This document shows positions 62,381 through 64,000 of a stretch of DNA of 64,000 bases, piece by piece. The stretch comes from Felis catus (lineage: Eukaryota): positions 84,818,001 to 84,882,000 of the forward strand of contig NC_058368.1 of assembly GCF_018350175.1 (NCBI RefSeq), read 5' to 3'. Positions within the stretch are counted from its first letter, which is position 1, and every line of letters begins with the position of its first letter. The notes beneath the pieces were generated by a model that was not told the origin of the DNA, did no database searches, and worked only from the letters and a program-made list of their open reading frames with translations. A program made the translations under genes and the position numbers.

Positions 62381-64000
62381 CCTTTATATTCAAATGAAAC
62401 TTTTGCTTTGGATTATTGCTGACTCCTTGTAAGGACAAGCAAATATAGCTGAAAACTTTAGAGAAACTTTCATGAATAGTAAATGGTTTAATAATTGTTT
62501 GTTTATAATAAAATTCATTCTAATAATATAAGCCTGCAAATAACTGTCTATTTCCATCAAGTCTAATATAATTATGTATTTTTACAAATAAAGACTTAAA
62601 ACTAAGAAATACTCCTACTATAGATTATTTTTGATAATAGGGACAATTCTATAAAATAATTGAAATTTTAAGTGAAGAAAAATATTTAAAATAGACTAAT
62701 TTAATTGGCTTTTTGTTTAGGTTTATTATCAAACCCCTTTATTTAAAAGATTAGAAATCCAGAACTCTGTGAGAATTTTACCAAGACCTGACATCTAGGA
62801 ATAATTTATAAGACAGAGGAGTCAAAAGGAAATATTTAGTAAGTAACATGTGAAAAGAAAATGTGTTCAATAGCATGCTTGTGAGGACTTCCTCCACTTT
62901 GAGAAGTTGGAGGTTGTTTTGGAGATGGTGGTGGATGAAGCTAGTGCAGGGAAAGAGGCGCAGGTTGCATAAAGGTGAATTGTCGCTGTTTTTCCAGTTA
63001 TAAAAACAACCTGGATGGAAGATGAGTGGAAGTGAAGACACAAAGAAGTTTTTACAGTATAGTCTTAGAAAATGAAGTCTGCATTGACTATTTTATTTCC
63101 TGGTTTTGTGTCTGAGCTTCGACACATTTCACCTGAAAACTCGTGTAAAGGGGAAAAAGTCTGTGTTTATTGGTAGGAAAACCAGAGCCTGTGTATTTGT
63201 AAGTTCTTGAAAATCTTTTCCATTTTGTTAATATAAGCTTTCCACTTCTGGCTCTGTTAGCAATATTAAAATGTGTGAAACATTTTGAATGTGTGGGAAA
63301 GTCCATTTTGTTTATTGTTATTAAGTAGATGCTTAGTTTGGTGAACACAGAAATCAAAGATGGAAAGACTGGATAACCCCAAGAACATGATAACATAGAT
63401 TTAATCTTAGTGAGAATAGTCCATACATGACAAAGGAATGTCAGGTACTTTTAAATTCCAACGTGAAAGTGGACTCAATTGACAGAGACTGCAGAAAACT
63501 GGATGTACCAGTCTACACTGGGGCTCATACTTGGTGGATGACTGAGTGTGCAGAGTCAGTTTTGACAGCAACTTGGTGGCTCTCTCACTGTAACTCAAAC
63601 AGCTTTGATTTGCAACTTCTTGCTGGTGTCCTATGGAATAATTCTGAGAAACTCTGGTGTCAAACATTCTGAAGAAATTCATTCACTGTTACATTAAATT
63701 AGAAATATATCTGGGCAGCTCTTCTTGTACAATGCTACAAGGTACTGACGGAGTAAGAAAGATTCATTCAATTGACTGGATATGTTGTTTACATAATAGC
63801 AAATATCCCCATAGTTGGAATCATTCAGCTTGTAGTGCCAATTATATGCACCTTTAAAAAGTTAGCTCTTAGCATTTCTTAGAGCTTAATATAGTGTTAG
63901 TGAGATTGCAGGTAGGGCAAGATATAAAATCTTTCTGGAGGTAAGGAATATTTCATTTCTGAGGTTCCAGTGAAAGGGTAAATTGCTTGGATTGTTTGTC

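Overview
Mammalian genomic DNA, most likely from a carnivore and probably a felid (tRNA-derived CanSINE/SINEC_Fc-type SINEs and carnivore L1s). It is mostly repeats. From left to right: (1) a diverged ~310-bp-monomer satellite rich in telomere-like TAACCC variants (1-7.8 kb). (2) One intact olfactory receptor of the OR2T8/12/33 type (11510-12448, minus strand). (3) Old L1, ERVL and MaLR debris. (4) A decayed, almost complete provirus on the minus strand (~23.2-47.6 kb) with a tRNA-Ser PBS and class I (gamma-like) gag-pro-pol with in-frame UAG-G readthrough. Its env looks non-gamma (long Cys-rich TM ectodomain, no ISD or CX6CC seen) and is split by ~15 kb of nested L1s (an L1 within an L1 within an L1). 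(5) Further L1s carrying solo LTRs and SINEs, plus MER DNA-transposon relics. (6) A 5'-truncated PGBD2 (piggyBac-derived) pseudogene at 60.4-61.6 kb. Almost all short ORFs in the track are repeat-derived noise. Repeat family names come from recall of consensus sequences, not from a search, and repeat boundaries are approximate.
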